IMG/VR virus record: IMGVR_UViG_3300018080_000100
DNA: 64,000 bases
Direction: 5' to 3' (one strand)
Source: a virus
Made by a program: the position numbers and the translations under genes
In this document: piece after piece, positions 9,770 to 18,663 of the stretch
Layout of the letters: every line of letters begins with the position of its first letter
Position numbering within the stretch: the first letter of the stretch is position 1
The notes under the pieces: model-generated
The model's input: the letters and a program-made list of their open reading frames with translations, nothing else
Told to the model about the DNA's origin: nothing
Databases searched by the model: none

Positions 9770-9838
9770 TATTTACAGCGAACCCCGCTGGGGCGCTACT
9801 TTCGGTCTTCGCATTCACGCAAGACCTATGCTATCTTG

Positions 9839-9982
9839 CTATAGATAGCAAACCACCATACAAATTACCCAGACCACCAGCAGAGCGATCCAGAACTTCT
9901 TCGTATGTGACCAGACATGACCACAGTATCGTTCGAAGGACTCGAACTTTTCCAGGTCATCACTCTTAGGACCATCCTCCAT
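9839..9982 (-). CDS. small hydrophobic-tail protein
   Basis: Internal ATG (MEDGPK…) with GGAGAG 9 nt upstream; C-terminal TM segment; divergent from the terminase gene. Confidence 0.25.
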   Translation of the reverse strand: MEDGPKSDDLEKFESFERYCGHVWSHTKKFWIALLVVWVICMVVCYL

Positions 9983-11876
9983 GTCTTCTGACTCTCCAGT
10001 CTTCGACGAACCGATTGCGCTAGAAGGACTCCTGGCGCAAGCGAAAACAGTGTTCAATCCCGATGAAAACTCTCGAATAACGTCCACCGACCAGGTGGCC
10101 GCCTACAATAAGCTGTTGCGCACAGGCCAGGTAGATACCCTGGCGCACGCGCTACCGCTTATGTTGAACCTCAAGGGTAATCCGTACACCCTGAACGACC
10201 ACTTTCCTTTCGAGGAAATCTTCCGGTTCCACATGCCGTCGGCGCTGATCTACAAGACCGGCCGGCAGGTGTCCAAATCTACATCTCTGGCAGCGCACGG
10301 CGTCGTTACGTCGATCTCGCTGCCGAACATCACCACGCTGTACGTCATGCCGCTCTTCGAGCAGGTGCGCCGTTTCAGCACGATGTTTGTGCAACCATTC
10401 ATCGACCAATCGCCGGTCAAGAAGCTCTGGACGGGCACGGACACCGTGAACAGCGTGCTCCACCGCAGCTTCCACAACCATTCGAAGATGCTCTTCTCGT
10501 TCGCGTTCCTGAACGCAGACCGTATCCGCGGTATTTCCGCGGACAAGATGGCGGTCGACGAAGTCCAGGACATGAACCACGAGCACATCCCCATTATACG
10601 CGAAACGATGTCGGCAAGCCCGTGGGCCTTCCGACAATTTACCGGAACGCCCAAAACGCTCGACAATACGCTGGAAGCGCTCTGGGGTGAGTCGTCCCAA
10701 GCAGAGTGGTTTGTGCCGTGCATGCACTGCACGACCAACGGCGCGCCGACCTGGAACATCCCCACAATGGAGTTCCACCTGGAGAAGATGATCGGGCCCT
10801 ACCGCCCAGACATCTCCGAGGCGCATCCGGCAACGATCTGCCACAAGTGCGGCAAAGCGATCAGCCCACGCCTCGGCCGGTGGGTGCACAGATACCCTGA
10901 TCGGATTTGGGATCAGGCGGGCTATCACGTGCCGCAGGTCATAATGCCGCTGCACTATGCGAAACCTGACAAGTGGGCAGAACTACTTGCCAAGATGGCC
11001 GGTAAGGGCAACACCCCGCTGAACGTGTTCTTCAACGAAGTGCTGGGCGAATCGTACGATACGGCAGCCAAGCTCGTGACGCTGACCGAGATCGACGCGG
11101 TGTCAAACCTTGGCGAGAACACCATCAACGCAGCGCGCGCCCGCCGGGGTATGTACAGCATGGTTGTGCTGGCAGTCGACTGGGGTGGCGGCGGTGAGAA
11201 GGGCCTGAGCTTCACGACGGCTGCCGTGTTGGGTATGCGCCGAGACGGCACCATCGAGGTCATCTACGGCAAGCGCCTGCTGACGCCACACGACCACCTG
11301 CGCGAGGCTCGAGAGATCAAGCAGCTCTGGGAGATCTTCAAGCCCACGATACTGGCGCACGACTACACAGGCGCCGGTGCGCTCCGCGAGACGTTCCTGA
11401 TCCAGGCTGGTGTGCCCACGCGGGCCACGATGCCTTGCCAGTACGTCCGCTCGGCGTCGCAGCAGCCGTGCTACCACGTGGCGCCTACGCTGCAGCACCC
11501 ACGCTCGCACTACCGCGTTGACAAGAGCCGCTCGCTGTTGCTCACCTGCGCGATGATCAAATGCCGACGGCTCAAGTTCTTCAACAAGGACCACAATAGC
11601 AAGGAAGACCCAGGACTCATCTGGGACTTCTTGGCCCTGGTGGAAGACAAGGTCACCACGATGGCTGCGGGCGAGATCTACCGGATCACGAAGCAGCCGG
11701 GCTTCACCGACGACTTCGCGCAAGCTGTGAACCTGGGATGCGTCGCAATGTGGTATCGCACCCGCAGATGGCCAAAGCTTGACGAGATCGCCGAGTACGC
11801 CATCACGGACGACCAGCTACGCGCGTCGGTGCCGCAGCACGACTCCGACTGGGACGACGAGCTACTGCCAGGCTAG
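9981..11876 (+). CDS. terL: terminase large subunit (ATPase + nuclease)
   Basis: 631 aa; Walker-A-like YKTGRQVSKST; Walker B MAVDEVQDM; C-terminal RNase-H-like nuclease segment (VLAVDWGGGG…); inserted Cys/His cluster (CMHC…CHKC). One of the few plus-strand genes. Confidence 0.55.
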   Translation: MSSDSPVFDEPIALEGLLAQAKTVFNPDENSRITSTDQVAAYNKLLRTGQVDTLAHALPLMLNLKGNPYTLNDHFPFEEIFRFHMPSALIYKTGRQVSKSTSLAAHGVVTSISLPNITTLYVMPLFEQVRRFSTMFVQPFIDQSPVKKLWTGTDTVNSVLHRSFHNHSKMLFSFAFLNADRIRGISADKMAVDEVQDMNHEHIPIIRETMSASPWAFRQFTGTPKTLDNTLEALWGESSQAEWFVPCMHCTTNGAPTWNIPTMEFHLEKMIGPYRPDISEAHPATICHKCGKAISPRLGRWVHRYPDRIWDQAGYHVPQVIMPLHYAKPDKWAELLAKMAGKGNTPLNVFFNEVLGESYDTAAKLVTLTEIDAVSNLGENTINAARARRGMYSMVVLAVDWGGGGEKGLSFTTAAVLGMRRDGTIEVIYGKRLLTPHDHLREAREIKQLWEIFKPTILAHDYTGAGALRETFLIQAGVPTRATMPCQYVRSASQQPCYHVAPTLQHPRSHYRVDKSRSLLLTCAMIKCRRLKFFNKDHNSKEDPGLIWDFLALVEDKVTTMAAGEIYRITKQPGFTDDFAQAVNLGCVAMWYRTRRWPKLDEIAEYAITDDQLRASVPQHDSDWDDELLPG

Positions 11877-12586
11877 TCATCCCATTCCTCGATCCGGTAG
11901 CCAAGGAACTCGAACAGCTGATCGTTGGGCTCCCTGTAGACGTCCGCCAGCCGCTGGCGCATCTTAGCGCGCATAGGCGGATACTTCCGTCGGTAGTTAC
12001 GCGTATGGGGCAGCTTGCACCCAGCCAGCCCAAGCCACGCGAAGACGTCGTTCGTGGTGCGGGCGCTGTCAATACGCATGCGCTCGTTCACGATGATTAG
12101 CTGTTGCTCACGTGGGTAGAATTCCGTGAGTACCTTGAGTTGTTTAGCGTACAGCCCGCGTCGGATACAATCGAGCTCGCCGCGCAGCGTAAGCTCTTTG
12201 TCGACATCCGGCAGCTCTTCGTTGATAAACTCGCGGAACGAACGGCCTTTTGCGCTGCCGCCGCGCCGTGCTAGTTGGTACTGCGAGTAGCACCGATCAA
12301 TCGGGTTACGTAGCACCATGATCAGCTTGACCTGCGGCAGCACTGTATGCATGCGGGCGATGTGCGTCCGGTGCAGCATGTATCCGGGTGTCTTCTCGCC
12401 GCAGACGCGTCCGCGACTGCCGTTGAACTGCCGTACGTACCAGGCTACGCCGCGGTCCCAATGCATATCAAAGAAGTGCAGCTCCTTGCCTGGAAAATAG
12501 ACGGCAGGATGTTGCTGCATATTGGACACCAGCGCGGTGGTGCCGCACTTCTGCGCTCCCGCTATCACAAAGTATGGTAGTTGCAT
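11873..12586 (-). CDS. sulfotransferase-family protein
   Basis: 237 aa; 5'-PSB motif PYFVIAGAQKCGTTAL and a downstream R…S 3'-PB-like region; matches Sulfotransfer_3/Stf0-like families. Confidence 0.6.
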   Translation of the reverse strand: MQLPYFVIAGAQKCGTTALVSNMQQHPAVYFPGKELHFFDMHWDRGVAWYVRQFNGSRGRVCGEKTPGYMLHRTHIARMHTVLPQVKLIMVLRNPIDRCYSQYQLARRGGSAKGRSFREFINEELPDVDKELTLRGELDCIRRGLYAKQLKVLTEFYPREQQLIIVNERMRIDSARTTNDVFAWLGLAGCKLPHTRNYRRKYPPMRAKMRQRLADVYREPNDQLFEFLGYRIEEWDD

Positions 12587-12648
12587 AGCTACTCCTGGTT
12601 AAGGTCCGCCATGATCGTTGCACGCGCATAGGTACCTCCTTATGCATG

Positions 12649-12669
12649 AAAAAAGCCCCTTTCGGGGCT
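12649..12669 (-). terminator. rho-independent terminator
   Basis: GC hairpin AGCCCC-TTTC-GGGGCT followed, on the minus strand, by TTTTTT; lies downstream of the tRNA array. Confidence 0.55.
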
Positions 12670-12670
12670 A

Positions 12671-12744
12671 GGTGGCTGGAGGGATTTGAACCCTGCTCCT
12701 TCAGCGCCACAAGCTGACGTGCTGCCTGGTACACCACAGCCACA
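12671..12744 (-). tRNA. tRNA-His (anticodon GTG), extra 5' G
   Basis: Hand-folded cloverleaf: acceptor GTGGCTG/CAGCCAC, T-loop TTCAAAT, anticodon loop TTGTGGC. Confidence 0.7.
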
Positions 12745-12745
12745 G

Positions 12746-12816
12746 TGGCCCCACTAGGAATCGAACCTAGACCTGACGGTTAAGAGCCGCCTGCTCGACC
12801 TTCGAGCTACGGAGCC
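12746..12816 (-). tRNA. tRNA-Lys (CTT)
   Basis: Cloverleaf with T-arm CTAGG-TTCGATT-CCTAG and anticodon loop CTCTTAA. Confidence 0.65.
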
Positions 12817-12838
12817 AATTTTGTTCATATGATCAAGA

Positions 12839-12909
12839 TCCGCCACACGGAGTTGAACCGTGTCCTCCGGCTTACCATGCCGGGCTCGTACCAGTCCGAG
12901 CTCTGGCGG
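12839..12909 (-). tRNA. tRNA-Thr (GGT)
   Basis: T-arm CACGG-TTCAACT-CCGTG; anticodon arm CCGGC-ATGGTAA-GCCGG. Confidence 0.6.
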
Positions 12910-12923
12910 AAAACAGCCCTAAG

Positions 12924-12994
12924 ATCCGAGGGCAGGAATCGAACCCGCACCTGCTGAGTACGAAACAGCTGTTCTGCCGTTAAACTACCCCGGA
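12924..12994 (-). tRNA. tRNA-Thr (CGT)
   Basis: Acceptor TCCGGGG/CCTCGGA; T-loop TTCGATT; anticodon loop TTCGTAC. Confidence 0.55.
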
Positions 12995-13122
12995 TCATCA
13001 GCGGAAGAGTATCCAAAACATGCCCAACACCACGATCCCAACAATGACATCGCGCGCTACGTCAGGCCAGGTGGTGGCCTCCGCAAGCAACATTTCCATG
13101 ACAAACCTCCTTTGTTAGTCAG

Positions 13123-13193
13123 TGGTCCCACTAGGAATCGAACCTAGACCCGCTGCTTAAAAGGCAGCAGCTCGACCTTCGAGCTATAGGACC
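13123..13193 (-). tRNA. tRNA-Lys (TTT)
   Basis: Paralog of the CTT tRNA; anticodon arm GCTGC-CTTTTAA-GCAGC. Confidence 0.65.
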
Positions 13194-13198
13194 GTAAG

Positions 13199-13276
13199 TA
13201 GCGGTGGACGGATTCGAACCGCATCTTCCGCAGGGGCTACCCACGGCGCTCTACCTGACGACTACCGACCCCGCAG
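13199..13276 (-). tRNA. tRNA-like element (isotype unresolved, possibly degenerate)
   Basis: Good T-loop GGTTCGAATCC, but acceptor and anticodon pairing could not be completed by hand. Confidence 0.3.
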
Positions 13277-13437
13277 CCCGTGGATGTGACGTCACCATCC
13301 GGGACCCGATCGCGCAGACGAATGTTCACGCCCTCGACGTGTACTTTGTCTCAGACGCTTCATTTGAGCTACACCGCCATAAGACGGCCGCTAGGACCAC
13401 ATCTTTCCTGAATGCGTTATTTCAGCACGCAGCCAAG

Positions 13438-13509
13438 TCGCTCCGCTCGGGGTCGAACCGAGACCACTGGATCATGACTCCAGCACACTGCCAATTATGT
13501 TACGGAGCA
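13438..13509 (-). tRNA. tRNA-Met (CAT)
   Basis: Anticodon arm CTGGA-GTCATGA-TCCAG; T-arm CTCGG-TTCGACC-CCGAG. Confidence 0.6.
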
Positions 13510-13510
13510 G

Positions 13511-13580
13511 TCGGATGCCTGGGTTTCGAACCCAGCTCGGGGGCCTTATAAGAGTCCCCTAGGTCCCAAGCCTGCATCCA
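13511..13580 (-). tRNA. tRNA-like element with non-canonical anticodon arm
   Basis: Acceptor TGGATGC/GCATCCG and T-arm CTGGG-TTCGAAA-CCCAG are fine, but the anticodon region is a GGGG/CCCC stem with a 12-nt loop. Confidence 0.35.
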
Positions 13581-14129
13581 TCATAGCTTCACAGCCCAAG
13601 TCGTGTCCTCGAATACGTCGACGCGGTCCGCGAATTCCCTATCTACTGCTTTCATCACGCCACGGAAGCGCTTGTCGTAGTCATGCCCGGCGATGAACCG
13701 CGTGCAATGCGGCAGCCACAGCTTGATTTGCCGTGACACAGCTGCGTCCGTATGCACAGCGTCGATGTACACGCCGTCGACCTTACCGATGAACGGTTCA
13801 ACGTCCATGTCGAAGGCGTTTATCAGCATGACGTTACGCTGATTGTACGTGTTCTTGTGGGCTTGCGCATGCGCCCAGCGCATGTCGCGCGGATGCATCT
13901 CCGCACCGACACAGTCGCCAAGCGTTTTGTCGATTGTTAGTTCCCACGGATCGACGCCGAGCACGTAGTCGAAATACTTGGCGTGGACTAGTGTGCTTTC
14001 GCCCTGCCATACGCCCAATTCGACCAATGTTCCACCGCCGTACTTACGGCCAAACGCGTGCAGGCCTTCCGTTAGGCCGGGCGCGGCGCGCATGCACAAT
14101 CTAGGATCGTCGAGCTTGTTCTTTGTCAT
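13581..14129 (-). CDS. class I SAM-dependent methyltransferase-like protein
   Basis: 182 aa; motif-I-like LVELGVWQGEST and acidic motif II; found within the sugar-modification cluster. Confidence 0.45.
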   Translation of the reverse strand: MTKNKLDDPRLCMRAAPGLTEGLHAFGRKYGGGTLVELGVWQGESTLVHAKYFDYVLGVDPWELTIDKTLGDCVGAEMHPRDMRWAHAQAHKNTYNQRNVMLINAFDMDVEPFIGKVDGVYIDAVHTDAAVSRQIKLWLPHCTRFIAGHDYDKRFRGVMKAVDREFADRVDVFEDTTWAVKL

Positions 14130-14141
14130 TTGTTCCTCCAG

Positions 14142-14215
14142 TAGGCGATGCAGGACTTGAACCTGCCGCCTCCACCGTGTCGAGGTGGCGCTCTGGCCTG
14201 ATGAGCTAATCGCCT
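14142..14215 (-). tRNA. tRNA (anticodon GAC, Val) - tentative
   Basis: Acceptor AGGCGAT/ATCGCCT; D-arm GCTC…GAGC; T-loop TTCAAGT; anticodon loop TCGACAC has an unusual C33. Confidence 0.45.
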
Positions 14216-14318
14216 GCGGATCCGGTAGGGGCTTGCCCGGGGCGGGGCCCCTAGGCCGGACTTCGAACCCGTATTATCGCTCCTCCATTCCCCTAGTTGT
14301 TAAGGAGTCCCGGATCAG
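14216..14318 (-). other. tRNA-like remnant (T-arm-like GGGTTCGAAGTCC without a closable acceptor stem)
   Basis: A T-loop motif is present but no cloverleaf could be closed; possible pseudo-tRNA or long-arm tRNA that was not resolved. Confidence 0.2.
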
Positions 14319-14392
14319 TCTGGGTAGCAAGATTTGAACTTGCGTCCTCGCGGTCCCGAACCGCGCGCTCTGCCAGGCTGAGCTACACCCAG
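14319..14392 (-). tRNA. tRNA-Pro (CGG)
   Basis: Anticodon arm CGCGG-TTCGGGA-CCGCG; T-arm GCAAG-TTCAAAT-CTTGC. Confidence 0.65.
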
Positions 14393-14393
14393 A

Positions 14394-14984
14394 TTACAAT
14401 TCTTGTATGCGTTCCTGCTTGAGCCACTTGCGTAGCAGCGCTTGCTCGGAATGCGCGTCGTGTCCTTTGAAGTTCGCATTGTACCCGAAGCAGGCGATCT
14501 TTATCGTCCAGTACGTGTACGCCGGATTGTCGACCAACCACTTCAAGATCCAAACGCCCGCGCTCGGATTCACGTTCTGCTCTACACCGAAGTTGCGTTT
14601 GTATCGCCGTACCCACGCGCAATGGCGCCTGTCAACGAATTCTACGCGCGATTCTTTGAGCGCCGGATAGCGTTTGAAGAACGGACAAAGGTCCATCTTG
14701 GTTAACTGGCTAGGCCGGAGCTTTTCGCGCTGTGACGGCATAATCCACAGATGCGGCTGCGCTTTCACGACTTCTGGGACGAGCCTAAGGCGCCCCATCG
14801 CTATCAACTCTCCATGGCCTTTCGCTGCACCACGTAGCGCCAGGTGTGTCGTACGTTTGCCGATCAGCCCGGTCTCGTAGAACGGTGTCGTCTGGAAGCG
14901 CGCAACAGCGTCCGCCGCATCTATAGCTGCGGACATGTCTTCGGACGGCTTGCTGTTGCCGACTACGACGATGGTTTTTGACAT
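14394..14984 (-). CDS. GT42/Maf-like nonulosonic-acid (sialyl) transferase, paralog 1
   Basis: 196 aa; N-terminal IVVVGNSKPS (compare CstII VIIAGNGPS); C-terminal KGHDAHSEQALLRKWL (compare CstII IGHSKNTDIKALEFL, catalytic His); sits beside the CMP-NulO synthetase. Confidence 0.5.
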   Translation of the reverse strand: MSKTIVVVGNSKPSEDMSAAIDAADAVARFQTTPFYETGLIGKRTTHLALRGAAKGHGELIAMGRLRLVPEVVKAQPHLWIMPSQREKLRPSQLTKMDLCPFFKRYPALKESRVEFVDRRHCAWVRRYKRNFGVEQNVNPSAGVWILKWLVDNPAYTYWTIKIACFGYNANFKGHDAHSEQALLRKWLKQERIQEL

Positions 14985-15628
14985 AATCCGGCTCCAACGT
15001 GCTCCGCAAGCTCCCAGTCAGCCTCGGTGTCAATGTCGACCAGTTCGGTGCCGCGCACTTCTTGGAACCATGGATGGAAACCGATGCGCCGTCCGTGCTC
15101 ACGCATGAAAGTGCGCCGAAGAATCCAGAAGCCATCCGACTCAATGAAGATCGGCGCTTGCGTTTGCGTCGGCGGACATGTACGTGGGTCGTGGTTGATT
15201 GACTGGTAGTGGCAGTTCCACAGACGTCCGCGGACGGCTTGCATGCTGGCGGCCGAATCAAAACCGCTAGCGATGACAGCATTCATGGCGGTGCGGATAC
15301 TGTCCACGCGAATGAACGGCGACGTCGCGTTCTTGATGCAGCACCACGTCGCTTTCTCTGGAACGGCCGCCAGCATATCGCGAAACATTCTGTTGCTGTC
15401 CTGTATCTCCATGACGGTCCGCTCGGGATACAGCACGACGTCGGACGGGACGTGATCCATGATGGCGGGTTCGCCGTAGACGCCGATCTCGTCGATAAGA
15501 CCCTCTTCACGCAGCTGGCGTAGCGGTTCCAGCGTCCATTCGTACAGCGGGCGTCCGCACAGTTCGCGGAAGTTCTTGCCGGGCACACGCTCGCTGCGCA
15601 TCTTCAGGGGTGTGACAGCTATTCGCAT
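14963..15628 (-). CDS. acylneuraminate (nonulosonic acid) cytidylyltransferase, CMP-NeuAc synthetase family
   Basis: 221 aa; IAVTPLKMRSERVPGKNFRELCGRPLYEWT matches the CTP_transf_3 P-loop (IIPARGGSKGIPxKN…L.GKPL); the …TSPF… motif is also conserved. Confidence 0.65.
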   Translation of the reverse strand: MRIAVTPLKMRSERVPGKNFRELCGRPLYEWTLEPLRQLREEGLIDEIGVYGEPAIMDHVPSDVVLYPERTVMEIQDSNRMFRDMLAAVPEKATWCCIKNATSPFIRVDSIRTAMNAVIASGFDSAASMQAVRGRLWNCHYQSINHDPRTCPPTQTQAPIFIESDGFWILRRTFMREHGRRIGFHPWFQEVRGTELVDIDTEADWELAEHVGAGLCQKPSS

Positions 15629-16254
15629 GGTATGTCTCCCATGTTACCGATCGGGTGCAACCGGCCGCCACGCACCCAACGTTTCAGCAGCTCACGCTCC
15701 AGGCCTTCTGGATGATGACCGCGAAAACCGCCCGTGAAGCCGGTAACCTGTATGGTATACTCTGCAAACTCCGTTTGCGATAGCAGCCATTGTAGCACCC
15801 ATAAGCCGCCCGTTGGCTCCACATGGCCTTTGAAGCGCCGTCGCCTCCAAAAGTATGCTTTCAGCGCCGTACGTGCTGACATATCCACGAAGCGTATCGG
15901 CAGCTCGCTCATCTGCGGATAACGTGCGAAGAAGGGCGCAACCTCGACGTGATGCAGATTGCACCACGACAACTTACGCGGCGCATGCATGCCCCAGCCG
16001 TCGCTGCGCATGACCCACAGCTCTGGTCTGGCAGCTAGTGCCTCCTGCGATAGGGGCAGCTTGCCTGTACTCAGATCTTTGCCAGTCCCTGTCGAGGCGC
16101 CGCGGAATGCCAACGCCGTTGTCTTAGTGCCGGTCAGCCCTAACGGGTAGTAGAAAGCCATCTGGAAGCGTACGACTTCGTCAGCGTCGTCGATGATCTC
16201 CGACAGGTCGACAGTCGGCTCAGCGTTTCCGACGACTACCATAGTCTTGGCCAT
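15619..16254 (-). CDS. GT42/Maf-like nonulosonic-acid transferase, paralog 2
   Basis: Start refined to ATG (MAKTMVVVGN) with GGAGG 5 nt upstream; C-terminal GHHPEGLERELLKRW; ~30% identical to paralog 1. Confidence 0.5.
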   Translation of the reverse strand: MAKTMVVVGNAEPTVDLSEIIDDADEVVRFQMAFYYPLGLTGTKTTALAFRGASTGTGKDLSTGKLPLSQEALAARPELWVMRSDGWGMHAPRKLSWCNLHHVEVAPFFARYPQMSELPIRFVDMSARTALKAYFWRRRRFKGHVEPTGGLWVLQWLLSQTEFAEYTIQVTGFTGGFRGHHPEGLERELLKRWVRGGRLHPIGNMGDIPCE

Positions 16255-16271
16255 GACGCCTCCGTGCGAGT

Positions 16272-16345
16272 GCGCGCAGTCAGGATTCGAACCTGCATTT
16301 CTCCGTTGGCTACACTTAGGTTCCGGCAGCGCTACCTTTCCCGTT
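16272..16345 (-). tRNA. tRNA-like element (unresolved)
   Basis: T-loop CAGGTTCGAATCCTG present; acceptor pairing not found by hand. Confidence 0.25.
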
Positions 16346-16387
16346 CTCGCCCGCGGTTGACTGTCCAATCAGCCTATACGCGCGAAG

Positions 16388-16461
16388 TCTAAGTGGCAGG
16401 ATTCGAACCTGCGGCCTTCTGGCCCCCAGCCAGACGCTCTACCAGACTGAGCTACACTCAG
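16388..16461 (-). tRNA. tRNA-Pro (GGG)
   Basis: Acceptor CTGAGTG/CACTTAG; anticodon arm TCTGG-CTGGGGG-CCAGA. Confidence 0.6.
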
Positions 16462-17078
16462 ATTAGCCAATCGTTTTCATCCTGCATACGCTGGATTTTC
16501 TTGGTCTGCTTGATATGCCAGTTGTAGTGGCACATATAGCGATTCTCGCTCAGCTGACTGTTCAGCTGGTACCACCCAGACGGGTACATCAGCGGGTCCA
16601 GCATGACCATGTCCACGACATCAGGCTCTTTCCGCAACCTGTGCTGGATACGCATCTGATCGTCGCAGTATTGGCGGCGCCGGCGGTACTTAGGCAGGTT
16701 CGCAGGGTCCAGCAGGTCCAGCGTCGCTGGCGTCGGTGCCGCGGCGAAGAATCCTGCGCACACCTTGTTGTCGCCGTCCGGACAGTCACGTTGGAAGACG
16801 ATGTCGTGGCCTTCAAGCGTGCGCTCCAAATCCTTACGCGGATCACGGCGGAAAACGACGTCGACGTCGGTCCAGATGACGACCTCGCCTTTCAGAAGCT
16901 CCTTGCGTACGAGCCTGACCTTCTGCATCATCATCTGTTCGAACAGCTCGGTACCGTACGGCTCGCCGTGCACCTGCATATCGTGGATCTCGATGCCAAC
17001 GCCGATGCGCTTCAACGACGCGAGCATGTTTTGCACCAGCGGACCCACTCTTTCGGTGCACATCGAAATCAATTTCAT
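16458..17078 (-). CDS. nucleotide-diphospho-sugar glycosyltransferase (GT-A-like, DxD)
   Basis: Start refined to MKLISM… just before the tRNA; WTDVDVVF DxD motif; resembles Nucleotid_trans/GT77-like viral glycosyltransferases. Confidence 0.45.
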   Translation of the reverse strand: MKLISMCTERVGPLVQNMLASLKRIGVGIEIHDMQVHGEPYGTELFEQMMMQKVRLVRKELLKGEVVIWTDVDVVFRRDPRKDLERTLEGHDIVFQRDCPDGDNKVCAGFFAAAPTPATLDLLDPANLPKYRRRRQYCDDQMRIQHRLRKEPDVVDMVMLDPLMYPSGWYQLNSQLSENRYMCHYNWHIKQTKKIQRMQDENDWLI

Positions 17079-17085
17079 AGGTGAA

Positions 17086-17157
17086 GTACCCTCGGTAGGA
17101 TTCGAACCCACGTGGAACGGTGTAGAAAACCGTGGCCTATCCTCTAGGCTACGAGGG
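17086..17157 (-). tRNA. tRNA-Arg (TCT)
   Basis: Anticodon arm ACGGT-TTTCTAC-ACCGT; T-loop TTCGAAT. Confidence 0.65.
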
Positions 17158-17167
17158 CATTATATCA

Positions 17168-17239
17168 GTCACCCCACCAGGAGTCGAACCTGGGCCTGCG
17201 GCTTCGGAGGCCGCCGTCTTGTCCTCTCGACTATGGGGT
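17168..17239 (-). tRNA. tRNA-Arg (CCG)
   Basis: Anticodon arm GCGGC-CTCCGAA-GCCGC; T-arm CCAGG-TTCGACT-CCTGG. Confidence 0.6.
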
Positions 17240-17367
17240 GTGAACGCGACGGCCCGGACCTCTATTTCAGTACGGCCTGGGATCATTGCGGGTGTCTAAG
17301 GTTACGCCGTCGAGTGCGTGACGAAACGACGACTCCCACTCCAGTACGTCACGATACTCCGCCGCGA

Positions 17368-17440
17368 GCAGCCCCGGCAGGATTCGAACCTGCATTAACC
17401 TGGCTTAGGACACCAGTGCCTTTCCGTTAGGCGGCGGGAC
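17368..17440 (-). tRNA. tRNA-Arg (CCT)
   Basis: Acceptor AGTCCCG/CGGGGCT; anticodon arm CTGGT-GTCCTAA-GCCAG. Confidence 0.6.
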
Positions 17441-17448
17441 TGAGGCCG

Positions 17449-18177
17449 TTAGGCCAACGCTTCTGAAACTTCAAGGCGCTTGCCCTTGAAATTGGGTTCG
17501 TTCCAGACCTCCAGGTAGAGATCCATCCACTCGCCGCTCTTCGACGTCGGTATGCGCCATATCAGGAACGGATCGTGTGTGCGCGACAGTTCGCAGATAT
17601 GGAACGTGCCGAAATGACACCGCTTCGAGATGTCTACTGCGGACTGCAATGCGAACTCGGGCACAGGGCGCTCGTAGCCCTTGAGTGGCACAATGCCCCA
17701 GTCTGGCGCACCAATATTCATCGCGATGAATGCAATGACGAACGACACACACGTCGGCAGCCACGCCCAGCACCATGTCGCCCAGACATACGTGGGTATA
17801 ACACCCCCGCCGAGGAACATACAGAGAGACACGATGCCAGCGAACAACGTGGCCAATGACCCGCACACGAACACCGCGCACGTGACCCTGTCGAGCAGCC
17901 AGAATGCGCCACCCCAGCCGTAGGCCGACAGCGCCAGCGTCTTGATCTTGTACCGGTTGACGGACTTCGGATCGAACGGCCGGATGTCCAACTCTTCCAG
18001 CACAGCGATTGCTTCGCATTTGCGCTGATGTTCCACACCCAACGCGCCTGCTTTGTCGCGCAGCGGCTTGTAACCAAGTCGCACATGCGCTTCCTCTCCA
18101 AGCGACGGCGAAACGTCGCACTCTTGCGGCCGGATAACGGTCTCTGGCGGCACACGCACCAATGTAGTGCTACTCAC
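17449..18177 (-). CDS. integral membrane protein
   Basis: 242 aa with 3-4 TM helices in the middle (WGGAFWLLDRV…LFAGIVSLCMFLGGGVIPTYVWATWCWAWLPTCVSFVIAFIAM). Confidence 0.4.
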   Translation of the reverse strand: MSSTTLVRVPPETVIRPQECDVSPSLGEEAHVRLGYKPLRDKAGALGVEHQRKCEAIAVLEELDIRPFDPKSVNRYKIKTLALSAYGWGGAFWLLDRVTCAVFVCGSLATLFAGIVSLCMFLGGGVIPTYVWATWCWAWLPTCVSFVIAFIAMNIGAPDWGIVPLKGYERPVPEFALQSAVDISKRCHFGTFHICELSRTHDPFLIWRIPTSKSGEWMDLYLEVWNEPNFKGKRLEVSEALA

Positions 18178-18210
18178 TGCAGACTCCTTCCTTTAGAACA
18201 AGTGACCAAG

Positions 18211-18282
18211 TACGGGTGCAGGGAATCGAACCCTAGACTTCTGGTTGGAAGCCAGATGTGTTGCCACTAGCACCACACCCGC
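18211..18282 (-). tRNA. tRNA-Gly (TCC)
   Basis: Anticodon arm TCTGG-CTTCCAA-CCAGA; T-loop TTCGATT. Confidence 0.6.
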
Positions 18283-18663
18283 ATAAGAGGAGCAAGAACT
18301 ACTGACCCTAAGCTACTGACCGGGGGCGACCCGGTCGCACTCTCAGGGCAACACGAGTATATCTCTCCGGAGCCATCCGGAGCCTTCACGCACTACTTCG
18401 TCCTCAACCGCACGCGAATGCGGTACCCGCTGGCAAACGGGGCTCCTCAGTACGGCGCCGGAGGGTCGAACTCCAACCTCGACGTTGGCAACGTCGCGTG
18501 CACAGCCGGTACACTAGCGCCGCAAAAAGCAGAACGGGCTACTCACGCCGCGGCCCAGCTGGAAGCTACCCAGCCGGGGTGCGCGGATGTAGGGCTCCGG
18601 ACAGATGTATCACGGTACCCATCAACACCGCCGGGCAACCCAGCTTCCCCGCTCTGCTGTACG

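Noticed and set aside
16515-17430. Plus-strand ORFs (189 aa, 221 aa) spanning the glycosyltransferase gene and three tRNA genes
   Set aside because: They overlap a minus-strand gene with a DxD motif and run through tRNA-Arg genes, so they are spurious.
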